This document shows, one piece after another, positions 12,201-24,130 of a stretch of DNA of 64,000 bases. Numbering within the stretch: the first letter of the stretch is position 1; the number at the start of each line of letters is the position of its first letter. Source of the DNA: Catajapyx aquilonaris (taxonomy: Eukaryota). The notes below the pieces were generated by a model. It was not told where the DNA came from. It searched no databases and was given only the letters and a program-made list of their open reading frames with translations. Location: NCBI GenBank assembly GCA_000934665.2, contig JYFJ02000602.1, positions 1-64,000 on the forward strand, given 5' to 3'. The translations under genes were made by a program, and so were the position numbers.

Positions 12201-14452
12201 ACCCAAGGTGCGTTTTAAGAATGTCCTCGAAGATGTCTGATAGTTAAGTAGGCTGAATATCTGAAGCAGTAAAAAAAAAAAGACCATTTGTGCTGAAACC
12301 TATGATGAACGTTGCATATGTTTTCCCGAAGGACCTTCCGACTGAATAAATCTTTTATCCTCCCTGCACATAGTTGACAATGGTAGATCGATATGGAACA
12401 GGTTTTTAGGCGACTGTCGGTATAGAAAAGGCCGCATTGTCAAATGAAGCTTTGAGATACCGAGGGGATTGATGGTGCGACACTTTTCAATACTACGTAA
12501 AATGTTGGGGGAAGAAAATGATTTAACTTGCGGCAATGAAAGGATTGCGTGTCGAAGTGCTGTAGTAATTATTTTAGTGCTTAAGACACGACTATCGGGA
12601 TTTTACTGCACCTGATACGTTGTAATGTATGGCGCATGACGCAACTAATTGTGGCTCAAGGATGGTCATGAGAGTTCGCAAGTTCATTTGAGTCTAATGA
12701 GATATGCTTATTTGGCAGGTCTTGTTTGCAATATGTGAGCGGCTGTTGAAACTGTGCAATAGGCATCAACCCAACTACCCTAACGGACGTTCAGTGAGCC
12801 AACTGGGCATCCGGTACGAGGTATCTCCTGTGCCATTCACCAGGCATTTCATGTCAGCTCGTCTCGACGAGATTTCCATCCGACCACCTTCCGTCGACTC
12901 ACCCTTCTTCATGAGCCCCTCCAGTAGCGGAGGTAAGTGTTCCGTCTCCAAGTCGGGACATGAATATAATGTTTGTTTCCCAGCTCCTTCGGCAGTGTCC
13001 ACGAGAAGACCCAGCACAGAGTTGGACGCCAGTCTTCGGACGGATGAAGATGAGGACGCCATCATGGGGGACGGAGGAGAGAGTGCGTCTGAAGGAGGCG
13101 GAAGGAGAGGGAGGAGCGGGGGTGGGTCAGGGGGGGTGGGGAGCAGTTCTGGTGGTGGAAGTGGAGGAGGAATGGTCGCAGGGGTTGCAGTCATTGGTGA
13201 CGACTGCAGTTCTCCGGATATGCCCTCTTGCGCGTCTGGAATGCTAGGTAAGGAAGAAAGCCGTATCTGCAATCCAGGAAGGTCCTGATTGGTTTCTTTC
13301 GGTTAGGCATTGACGACAAGAGCCTGGATTCCATTCTGGACGACGGTATTCACGACCAAGACCTGACTGAAAACGTATGCTACCAGGAGTTGAGTTCGCA
13401 ATTGGACCTCCGGAAGGTGACGAGACAGGAAGGTGCTCCGGTTAGTAACCATTCCTCAAGTCCTTTATACTGCTTCCAATTGAAGTGTACGCTTCAGTTG
13501 GAACAATCTGGACACATTATTCACAATATAGTATCGCAAGCAGCCATACTTCGTGGTTGACGTGGCCAAGTCCTTGTTGGCTGATCACCAACTCCTGAGC
13601 GAGGGCCTCCACAAGTACATCCGGCAGTACCGAGTGGACCTCAACCACCGGTACAGTTCCTGGTCCCGATTGGCCACCGAGAAGAACCTTTACGTGCTGA
13701 CTGGACTGCTGTTCACGTGGTTAGAGCACCTGAAGGCGCCCGTACTCACCACCGAGGATCTCAGTGTGATTGTCGTCATGGCTTCCAGACCAGAGGGATG
13801 CATGAAGAAGTTTGACAAGGTACATCGGTATATTATTCGATGGTGCTAAATTACTTAACGTACCGTACCTTCAGGACGCAAGATATACGCTGGAGTATTT
13901 GATACGATTCTTGGCGCGACTTCGGCCTCTCGATAAGGAGATGCAACAAGACCTTCTGAAGCGTTTTGCTGCGTCCCTAACGCATCGGGGGGTGCCCATT
14001 CAAGGAGTGCTAAAACCTTCAGGTAAGGTCAGCCCCTTCAGTACCTGAGGGTCCATGGAAATGTAGCGTAGAGTTGGAAGAAGAGTGAGGCCTACGACAC
14101 ACGAATGCACCTCGTTAGCATCCAGCACCATCACATCGCTACCAGAGAGTGACATCCATACCAAGCAGGCAATTGCTGTTGACCAACCTCTTCTTCAGCC
14201 CCTTTCTCTTTAGGTGGTGGTAGCTTCCGGAAGCTTCGCAACGGAACACTGGGAAAGCTGATGGAGTTTATGGAAAAGTTGATGGACCAAGTTTCGGAGG
14301 ACAGTAGTTGGACCGCCTCGTCTTCGGCAGCCCATACCACCAACTCTTCTCCAGTGATGGCCAGTGTCTCGGCCAATAGGATCACTCCTCCAGCGCCTCC
14401 TGGAGAACTCCGATCACCTTCCACCTCACACCCTGCCAATTATGTTTCGTAG
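9292..14452 (+). CDS. PTPDC1: Protein tyrosine phosphatase domain-containing protein 1 (multi-exon)
   Basis: Exons ~9292-9531, 10115-10311, 10717-10839, 10936-11120, 12096-12207, 12719-12932, 12984-13247, 13307-13440, ~13541-13819, 13875-14022, 14213-14452. Motifs: CSVFCGGRRCKYENP, WVTDEILAMARP, IINLQRPGEHASCG, FYNFAWKDYG, and the catalytic CX5R loop HCHAGLGRTG after splicing. Confidence 0.92.
9584..9692. repeat. Intronic tandem duplication, 66-bp period, 2 copies
   Basis: TGGAG(A/G)TGTAGGAGGC..ACCACAGATGGCAGGCAA.TGACGG at 9584 and 9650. Confidence 0.8.
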
Positions 14453-15642
14453 GATCTGACTTGTGTATGCGCGTACACACAGAGGTGTATATAATTATAA
14501 CAGTTTATGTATATGGTCCTGTATATACACACACAGAGACGACAGTGCTATGTACCTACTACGTCGGCGGCGTTTTGTTCTCGGTCTCACACTGCTGAAG
14601 AGGAAGAAGTAGAGACACCTTTTTACAGCTCAATACAAATGCAAGTGCCTTAGTTAGATTCCGTCCGTTTTTATTCGCACGCAGGCTATACGCGCATTGT
14701 GTACACGCCGTCCTGCTGGTCCGGGAACGGTACAATACTCGGTGATCTGCGTCAAGGTTTGCGGAAAGGACAGAATTGCAGTACAGCCTCTATTTCGGCT
14801 TTGTTTATATTACATGTAGGTGCACTTTGCTGCCTTCCCCGTTTCATGTAGAAATTAGTAGAACATGAACCGCCATGCATGTCTTTCGAATTTTCTCTCT
14901 CTCCACACGCTATAATTTTTTTTTTGTAGGTTTAAAGAATGTGGATTTCTATTCGCACACTGTTGATGCGGGTAAGAATAATTGCGTAACTAAATGTTAT
15001 TTAATACTCTACATTGCTACAAAGATCAGGTCAAACTTTGGCTTCTGCTGTGCCCTCTCTTGCAGCGCACACGCATTCACGCGTCATTTTTTTAACCATA
15101 TCCCTAACGAATTATGTCGACCAAATACCACACCACAACATATGCAAAAACATTTTTGTGAAATTGTTCAGTGTACTGAAGCTGTAAATTTATGATGAGC
15201 ATAGTTACGGCCAGGCGATTACATAATTATGGTGCTTTTATGATTGTGGTTAAAATTATGTAACGATTCGAATCATTCTGTCTAGTCTGCTTGAGCCGTG
15301 TCTATGCTCCTGATTGTTACTAATCGTTTTTGTTAAGAGATTTTAATCTAGAGTTGATGACATTGCCGGCGACTATTTTTACCATAGGTCTTCTAAGTGA
15401 CAATCATCGTTCACCCAATCCCCGTCCAAATCATGCCTTTGACATTAATATAGTTGACGCTTCTGCGACTCCTTTGATTTTAGCACGAAATATGATGCGT
15501 CATCTGGATGTATTTTATAACAAAGAATAAATCTGTAAGAAAGAAAAGTGGCCTGTCTCTCTCTCTCCATGTCTAGTGAAACTAAAAGGCACATTTTATT
15601 AACACTGCGAGTGGAGTGCTCCGGAAGTCCTTTTGGCTGTGA

Positions 15643-18545
15643 TCAAGTCCATTGTTGCCAACACACGACTGCAACAGCGACTGCTATCATTTTGGGCGCC
15701 GTCAACGCTGCGATGGTCTGTGACACGTTGCAAAAGTCGCTGTCGCAGCAGTATATCTCCTCTGCTGAGCTGGTGTCTGCAACAATGGAAAAGAGTGGCA
15801 CAGATGAGTAAGAATCGCAAGTAAACAACTTGAATTAGGAAACTCTCCCGTTTCATTGTTGAATGTGACGTCGCCAAGAGACCGCTCTAATCAAACTAAT
15901 GATATTCCGATTTGAAAGCATCAGCACTGCCATGGAGGGCAATGACCGATTCCGTAACCCTGATAAGGACCCGAAGAATACCCGTGACATATTTAAGGTA
16001 TCTGATAGCTCTCCCAGGTTCCTACCGCCTCCTGCATATGACTGTGGATTGTCAGACCATGAGTATGACGGTAAGGACTTGTCCAGAATTCTCCAGAATC
16101 ATATGTGTGAGCTCCAAATGTTGTTTCCAGAGGGGGAGACGTCCTTTCTGAACTCCTTGAAGGTTCTGGAGGAGGAGGAGAGCATGGTGTTCCAGGATCT
16201 GACCCCTGAGCAACGCGATGCTATTTGGAACGTGACGGAACCCTCTTGCTCCAGGAAGACAAACAAGAACTCGGATCGTCAAAAGGGTCGTGTGCGACCG
16301 ACCAACAACTCCCTTGTTCCCAAGGTGGAGATTCCTCGAAGGAACCGGGTGGTCTCTACCAAGTGCGGACCCATTAGACGAAATGGAGGTAATGTCTGTT
16401 TACAATAACACTCGGATCTATTGTCATGACATTTATGGTTCTCTGTCTGTAGCTGGCAGCAGGCGTGTCATCGGAAATAAGGAGACAGCACAACTTAGTG
16501 AATCCGAGAGCTGGGACTCGACAGACGATTCAGGGGCGTACCGTCAAAAGGGCGAAAGTTCGTCCTCCTCCCCCTCCTCGTCTGATGACGAACGAGAAGA
16601 CGATGATGACGTGTGTGTCCCGAAGATGTCCGTGGAGCCCGTGGACTTCACCAAGAGCCACCTGATTCACGTGCAGGAGGCCGAAATTCACACGAGTTCA
16701 CCAGAGGTGACTTCCTCTCAGGTATGAATAATTTGAATGAAGCCAATTTCGTTGCCGCATATTGACCATGCTTTTTCAGGAGGCGAACCCGAACAAAACC
16801 ACTTCTTCTACCCCATCTGTCGATCCGCTGGAGCTGGAAATTCTGGTGGCCAAAAGGTTCGAGTCGGTCACATCATCTCCTGGACACCTATCCGACCAAG
16901 GCGAAGGTAAGGCAATACATTTGTGGTTGTCCCACGGATCGCTCGAGTGTGACCCTTTCCCTTCACCATGTAAATACTCGTGAAGAGTCTGACTCTACTG
17001 ACACCGAATCCGTCACAGGCGCAATGTGCGAGATGTGCCGCATGTCCAGGGCCAACGTTGCCGAATGCTTCGTGTCCGACCTGACATTGGCAGCAGGAGG
17101 AGACAGGGCAGGAAACACCACCAAGAAGATGGTAAGAATAGACTAAAAACCACAGCTTTCCGCTACCTTTTGCATAAGTATATGTTCCGGTTAGGCTATT
17201 CTGAGGTCTGTGTCCTCATCAGAGGCAAGCAGAGCGTGACCCATCCATTCCCCTTGTTCATTTTACAGGAGCGTGCAGGCCGAGACGGGAAAAGGAAGAA
17301 GGGCTTCTTACACCAGTGGTTTCGGTCCCTTCACAGCTTCTTCCTTCGACTGATGGGCAAGAAGTAGGCGTCTCAACCACTATTCCCCCCCCCCCAACTA
17401 GTTCAGAGTTTATGACCGTAGAAGGGTAAAATAAAGACCATACCACTTGGGTCGTCTGATACAGCTTGTCTGACTCGGTACCATAAGGTTGTTCCTAGTC
17501 GTTGGATCAGTCCGTATCCGCATGTGTCCTGAGGAGCGCATTGGCGGTCCACGATGTCTCCTCGGACGAGCTTCTGCAATGGGACAACGAAAAAGGGGGT
17601 TGAAGGCCTACATGCTCACTGACCTCAAGTCATGACCCGAGGCCGTTACGCGCCTAATCTGGACTTATCTCGGTGGGGGTATTAATCTTCAATGGTGATG
17701 TAATTATTATAATGTTGCGCCAGGTTGGAATTGAAATCTTGCGGTGCAGGATAAGTTTTTCAGGAGTCGTAAGCAGTATTATTTTGTGTGAATAATATGA
17801 GCCAAATCAGGTGTAGCATTGTTGGCGTTAACAGTAAAAATTGAGTATATTATAAAGCAGCAAATATTACCCAATAATTATATTTGCATACACAAACAAT
17901 AATCTAGGTGTGATATAGGAATTCCTTTCCACTATTTGAGCACATATCGGCATTAAATTACAACTAAAAACAACCATGGCGGAATAATATGTATCTAGGA
18001 TTTTTTAAAAAAAACACACAATTTCATAGAGCCATACAATCCACTTCTTATTGCTAATGCTGCCCAAGACCTAAAATGATACTATGGAATTTAAAAAGTG
18101 AAAACGCACGATGAATAACGTGATATGCTCATCCATTAACTTTACTCACTAGACCGCAATTAGTAAGATGAAATGGCCCGATAGTACTTCAAATAACCCT
18201 TAGTTCCCGTTGCAACCCGTTAGGAAAAATGCATGTCCACAAATCAAAAATCTCATTTCTAGAACGTCAGGCACCATTTACAACGAACTTTTCTGACAAT
18301 GTGTAGTATAGTTGACTGATATGCTTCATTACTTGTACCTCCAAAACCAATAGTGTCACAATCAAACTAACCATACACCTGTTCATAATGGGCCTGCAAG
18401 GCTGTGGGTCCCCAATCCAATGTCCACAGTTGTCGCACTTGTAGCAGCTGAGAGGATCCACCGTTGGCACGAAAAGAGCCACCCACAGAGCCACCCACAT
18501 GGCCCACGATGGCCTCCTGGCCAGAAGCACCTTCCGCACCACCAT
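15643..18545 (-). CDS. Ly6/uPAR (three-finger, LU domain) protein, probably GPI-anchored, ~145 aa; exons 18372-18545, 17444-17573, 15643-15776
   Basis: Signal-peptide-like N-terminus, then LSCYKCDNC...PC...RC / ...QC...TC... / IYCCDSDFCN: 10 Cys with the canonical CCxxDxCN end, then a hydrophobic tail. Splice phases (0, 1) match. Alternative ATG at 18500. Confidence 0.88.
15932..17367 (+). CDS. Orphan Ser/acidic-rich protein, 365 aa, nested antisense in Ly6 intron 2; exons 15932-16388, 16453-16721, 16780-16906, 16986-17131, 17269-17367
   Basis: Four short GT-AG introns join five open segments in matching phases (1,0,1,0). Good Kozak context (GCCATGG) and AATAAA at 17430. No family recognised. 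Confidence 0.7.
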
Positions 18546-19962
18546 ACCTTCCAGACTGTGTGCGTGGTACTGGTAAGCAGCAGAAGGCAGCAAAGCCCGT
18601 CGTGGTCTTCACCCAGCTGGAACAGGGAGGAGGTCACCAGTTCTGCTTGGCCACATCCTACCGACCCCATCAGGGGGCCTACGCCCACCTTTAATTGCAT
18701 CTGAATCATCACAAGGGTCAAATTGGAGACGTGGAGGATGGCTTGTTTAGAGAGGGACAAGTTATACGGTACCTGCCCTTATGCAATCAGGTGTTTATTA
18801 GGGGGCTACACCCTTTGTTACGTCAGTAGTTAACTGCGGAAGGGTTGATATGTAATTTAATAACATTGCGTAATATTCGCATGACTTTTCTGCAAAGCAC
18901 GGCTACTCGCGTATGAAACATGCGTGTAATGCATAATGCGCAGAATGTGGAAATGGTGCAATAAACATTTGTTCTAGCGTAAAAATGGGCTTGACAGATA
19001 AATGGACTTGGCCGCAAGGTTTCCAAAAAATGTATGGCTAACCGCATATCACGTCTTCATGTGGTGTTATGCAATTTCAAATGTAGGTCAGATTTTCTCA
19101 TTTCAGCTGCACTTGTTGAGTTGCAGGGATATTACAGGGTGTTGCACTGACCAAGCTTAGTCCAAAAGGGTGAAAAAAGTGAGAAGTCATTGATTATTTG
19201 TAACCAGTTTAAAGAAAAGCAATAATTACAAGTAAGTGTTTGGAATGTGTTGATTGTCTTCAGACATGCTGCTGTGCTGAGGTAAATAATCCGTGACTTT
19301 CCCTCTTTTGAACTGCGGATATGGCCACTATGCACTGTTCCGCATGACTACATTTTTATTCACACAATTGAAAAGGCGTTTGCTTTGTTGTAATAATTAT
19401 TATGGAAGTCTACTATGAATGAAAACAGCATTATTCTTAAATTAATTTCCATAAGGTGATGTAAGCTCCAGGTAGTGCTGATCAACTTACAAAACCAACT
19501 ATTGTCTGGTGCAACAGGCCTTTTGATAACTTTAATTCCTGAGCCAATATTACCCTATAACCATCCCAAAACCACTTCAAATATCGCGCGTTATGAACGG
19601 TAGCCAATTCACTCTGCAGCGCTGCCAACATGTCACGGGCTTCCGAATATCCCTCCAACTAATTCTATCCTGCATTTCCTTTTTCTGGGCCACATCAATC
19701 AACACGTAGGTTTTTGCCTGGCTCTGATTTCCTGCCTGCCTTTTCTTCGTTTTGTTTCCCACTAATTAAATTCCAATGTGTCGTCCTTGACGAGGGGGGG
19801 CAAATGTAGGTCGGTTCTGTTACCGTAATAATTATTATCTCCAGTGATGCGGATCCGTACCTGCTCCACATGCTGATACAGCTGGGGGAGGGGGATACCT
19901 TTTGTGTTGATTGTGTGGGCAGGTACCTTGCAGCTTTAACCCCTTTGCAGAGTTGGAGGAGG

Positions 19963-21592
19963 ATGGGTGCTGGTAAGAGTCAGTTCAGCGAGTCTGAGCT
20001 GGAGGATTACCAGGACCTGACCTACTTCACCAAGAAGGAGGTGCTGGCTGTGCACCAGAAGTTCCGCGCTCTCTGCCCCGAGAAGGTGGCTCACAACCGA
20101 AATGCCAAATTGCCGCCTGCCAAGCTGCTGCTCTTCCCGGAGCTGAGAGCCAACCCGTTTGCCAGTCGCATTTGCCACATCTTCTCCTCCACCAGGGACG
20201 GGGAGTGCACCTTCGAGGACTTCCTTGATATGATGTCCGTCTTTAGCGAAAATGCACCCGCTTCGGTCAAGGCGGAGTATGCTTTCAGGTAAGACGTGTG
20301 CTTATACTTGGCTTTGTAATGCAGTAGAAGCCTGATTATTCATCACCTATGGGACCACGGGATGGTCGGAACGCAAGAAAGGTTGGATAATGCCAGGAGC
20401 AAAGAAAACTTTAATGAAACACAACACAAAACATATAAAGACCATGACGTAAATGTACAATATTATGGCTTTCTAAGAAATAGTGAAGTACCAGTGGTAC
20501 CGGTATTTATCTTTTATTCATGGCAAAGGGAAACTCGCGGACAATTGCCAGGTAGATTGATAATACTAGTAAAACTAATATAGAGATGTGGATTTAGTTT
20601 TGGGCGCTGTTACATAGTTAATGCGTACGGTGCCGTCAAAGTTTAGTGATGTCGCATCCACTCCTCCAGTTTCAAAGAAGCAACAGTCAGCTCAAGGGCC
20701 TCCAAACAATTCAGCCTTGGGTAGCCTACATAACAGATCGTCCATGTGCAATAGGTGATCAAATCCCGTCAGAGTAATAATCCGGGTGCAACACCCATGC
20801 ACTTTGTCGTTTTTACCTAATATTTTACCATCCGTCCCTCTACACCATATGCATTAACTATGCAATGGCGCCCAAAACTAATTCCACATCCCTACATTAG
20901 TTTCGGGAGTACTTTCAGTCTACCTGGCGATTGTCTGCGAGTTTCCATTCATCCTGTATGCGCACTCTACTCTACTGTATTTACAAATTAACTACGGCAA
21001 TACAAAACAAATCCGTAGTACATTACAGTATTTGATGAGAAAACAGATTTATTGCTGGAGCGGGATGGTCAGATAAACTGAGGAGTCGGATAATCCAAGG
21101 TTGAATAATCAGGATTCTCCTGCAGTTCCAATTATTGTCACACACATTATTGTATGATACATAGAGGCATAATAATGAGCCATAAAATAAGGTGAAGTCC
21201 ACTGAAAGCAATTTTGTTGCAAGGTCAAAGGTCTATTATGGGGCAACCATGAACAGTTTTAAAAATAAAATGCAAATTAGTGCTTTTCACGTGACCTTTA
21301 TCAATAGGCGACATGACCTGAATTAATAGAGTTAGAAAGTGCTATAATATTATTGCTCTCTAGGATATTTGACATTGATGGCGATGACATGCTTGGCCCT
21401 GAGGACCTCCGGGAGGTGATCCGACGCTTGCTGGGTCCAGAACAGTTGGGTGAGTCCGACTTGCAGCTCCTCATTCAGAACGTGATGGAGGAAGCTGACT
21501 TGGATGACGACGGAATGCTCTCTTTCGCTGAATTTGAGCATGTAATATCAAAGTCTCCAGATTTTGTGCAAGCATTTAGGATCAGGCTGTAA
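19963..21592 (+). CDS. CIB1: Calcium- and integrin-binding (CIB1-like) EF-hand protein; exons 19963-20288, 21364-21592
   Basis: N-myristoylation-type start MGAGKS, EDYQDLTYFTKKE, PELRANPF, FEDFLDMMSVFSE, YAFRIFDIDGDD, EF-hand DLDDDGMLSFAEFEHVISKSPDF. Paralog assignment is approximate. Confidence 0.88.
20529..20956. mobile_element. MITE-like element with ~105-bp degenerate terminal inverted repeats in the CIB intron
   Basis: 20529-~20632 (GGAAACTCGCGGACAATTGCCAGGTAGA...TTTTGGGCGC...ATAGTTAATGC) is the approximate reverse complement of ~20843-20946. The right end ATCCTG-TA resembles a Tc1/mariner CAGG.TG terminus. Confidence 0.75.
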
Positions 21593-23919
21593 ACCCAACG
21601 TTTTTATTGTACCCTCTGCATACTCGATACCAAAAATGTGTTGTGTTATTTGTTATGCACTCAGAGCGATGCCATTTCTGGGTTTCAACTCTCATGCTGG
21701 TTGATATCTCAACTTTTTTACCAAAATATCAAAGTATTAGGGACTTGTGGTTGTCCATAATTATTTACGTAGCATTTCATAAGTAATGGGGATTAGTTTT
21801 TATTACAAGGGAAGGGAGTTAAATTGTCAGTCAGCTGATGAATGCTGCAGGAGGAAAACTCGTATTTGCCAAAGGAAAGAAGTGGCAATATCTTTCTGGC
21901 TGGTTGCACTGTTCTTCATCTTTACGAGCTGAGATTCTCAAGCGAGTAATCAATATTTGTAGGTGCATTTATTACAGATTCTTTTTTGTAACAGGAAATC
22001 CATGTAATGGGAGGGAACTCGGTTGTCTAGGACATTTTGTCACAGTTATGACCCTATTTTGTGTTTATGAGTAGGTTTTTTCATGGAATGTGGCCGATAA
22101 ATAGGTTTGGTTTTGTGAGGATGTGTTAGTGTAGCACCATATTTTTTTCTGCATGCACAAAATGGAAATGTGACTCCAAGGATTTAGTGTCTGGCAGTGT
22201 TTGGTATGGATTAGCCAAGTTGCACTGCTGAACTTTTGCTTTTAATGATTGAGCTACAGGATGACATGACTGCTGAGGAAGGCAAGTAAGTGTTGTAGAA
22301 TGTGCCTTCACTTTCCACATGCAGTATGTGTCATTGAAAACATGCTCTCAATTGATTGCATAAAGTATGTGAAGCAATTGTAATTTCTAATTGGATTTCA
22401 ACACATAACAAGCACAACATCATCATCACAGAATTCTTCTGTAAATATGGAGTGGTCAGTGGTTAAGGAGACGTAAGGTAATGAACAAAAATAGGCATGA
22501 AAACATGCGCATGAACAGATAACGTCAAATTCAGTGTAATGAATTATGCTGCAATTGCATAGCAAATTCACACTAATTGGAAATTCCTCTGAAATTGAGT
22601 TGTGCTTCTCTCCTTCCTGCCAGTCAGCATTTAATTACCAACATGCATTGAGAGACACAGTATATTGCATTTAAATAAATGCATTTTTAAGAATACCAAG
22701 CAGAAAGATAGTTCTAAACTTCCAACTTTTAACATGTGTATTGTTTCATATGAAGTATTGATATTATTATAGAATGTCTCAGACTCTCACCTGCGTGTAG
22801 GAGTAATAGGGAACTCGTGAGCAAGATTATGTGCAATTTGGTGTAATAATTGTAGGAAATACTGCAATGTTAGTACATTGTTGGTGCCACTGAATTGATC
22901 ATTGCAATACCGAGTACAACATTGAGGCTGAATCTCACATGCAGTCTAAATGAATAGCTGAGTCAATTTAGAATCTGGTGATTCAGTGAATCTCATAAAA
23001 GAATCTTATAATGTTGCACCCGGCACTTTGAGGCACGATAGCACGATATTACGCACCTGTTTAGCCCCTATGTACCCAGCCACACGCATGCGGAGGTGGC
23101 AGATATCACAACATTGGTTTGCGTCTTACATTTGCCACTCTGATTTGTTTGAGAAGTAGCCTACTGGTAACCCAAACTCTGACTTGGAACTTAATATGTG
23201 GCTTTTATTTATATATAGGCAAAATTGTAAAGGCTCCTCCTATTGATTACTTTGCTCTCTAACTGTAGAGTCAATGAATGTGACATCTGTCTCTTTTGTA
23301 GCAGGTGGTTTTATTTATTTATTCTCAAAAAGTGACTTTGCAATTCGTTTTTGCTTGTTGATTGGGGTACTTAAAAAGCACTTGACTGTTTGATGAAAAC
23401 TGAAGCCCCTTTGTCTTGTCACCAAATGAAGCTGTCTTTTTTACATTTACACACATGCAGCGTTAATGATGGCATACCTTAGAAGCCTGTAATTCTCTCT
23501 GAACCTGTGGTTTTATGATGACATATGTAGGAGATAACGGAAGTAACAAGATCTGTAGCAGTCAATTCATATTTCACTGTAGTTAAAATCAAGTGTCATT
23601 CACTTCTCGAAGTTGTTACGGCAAATGTGACTAAGCCAAAGTGATACTTAGCAAATAGACGTGAAATGCTAATAATATTAAATATGGGTCACATACTTGT
23701 AGTATTTATTTCATTTTGTGTCTTTATATAAATTGTACTTGCTTGCTGGCACATTCTTACAATAATTTCCTGTTTACCACACTAATTCATTTTGTGGGAG
23801 TTTGGTGGGAGATTGTTTAAAATGTTACACGAACTTATGTAATTTGTGGGTGGATGTTAATGTGATAATTATGTTTGTTACCTCAGTGTAGAATTTTATG
23901 TCTGCAGGTGTTTACAGTA

Positions 23920-23931
23920 TTTATTAATAAA
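23920..23931. terminator. Palindromic double poly(A) signal TTTATTAATAAA between convergent CIB and IQCA1
   Basis: AATAAA on both strands back to back, 200 nt past the IQCA1 stop. Confidence 0.45.
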
Positions 23932-24130
23932 TTGTGGACGATTAAGAAAAGGGGAACTTACTCATTTCCAACGTTATGAGGGAACACACCATGTACCTTG
24001 CTGTAAACAATTATTATTTACTGTTTGAAAAGAAATCTGTTCCAATATAATGTGGTCATACAGTTTTTGCGAGAGTAACACACCAGGTATGTAATTTGTA
24101 ATGTTATGGCCTGACCTGTGTGCCACCTCA

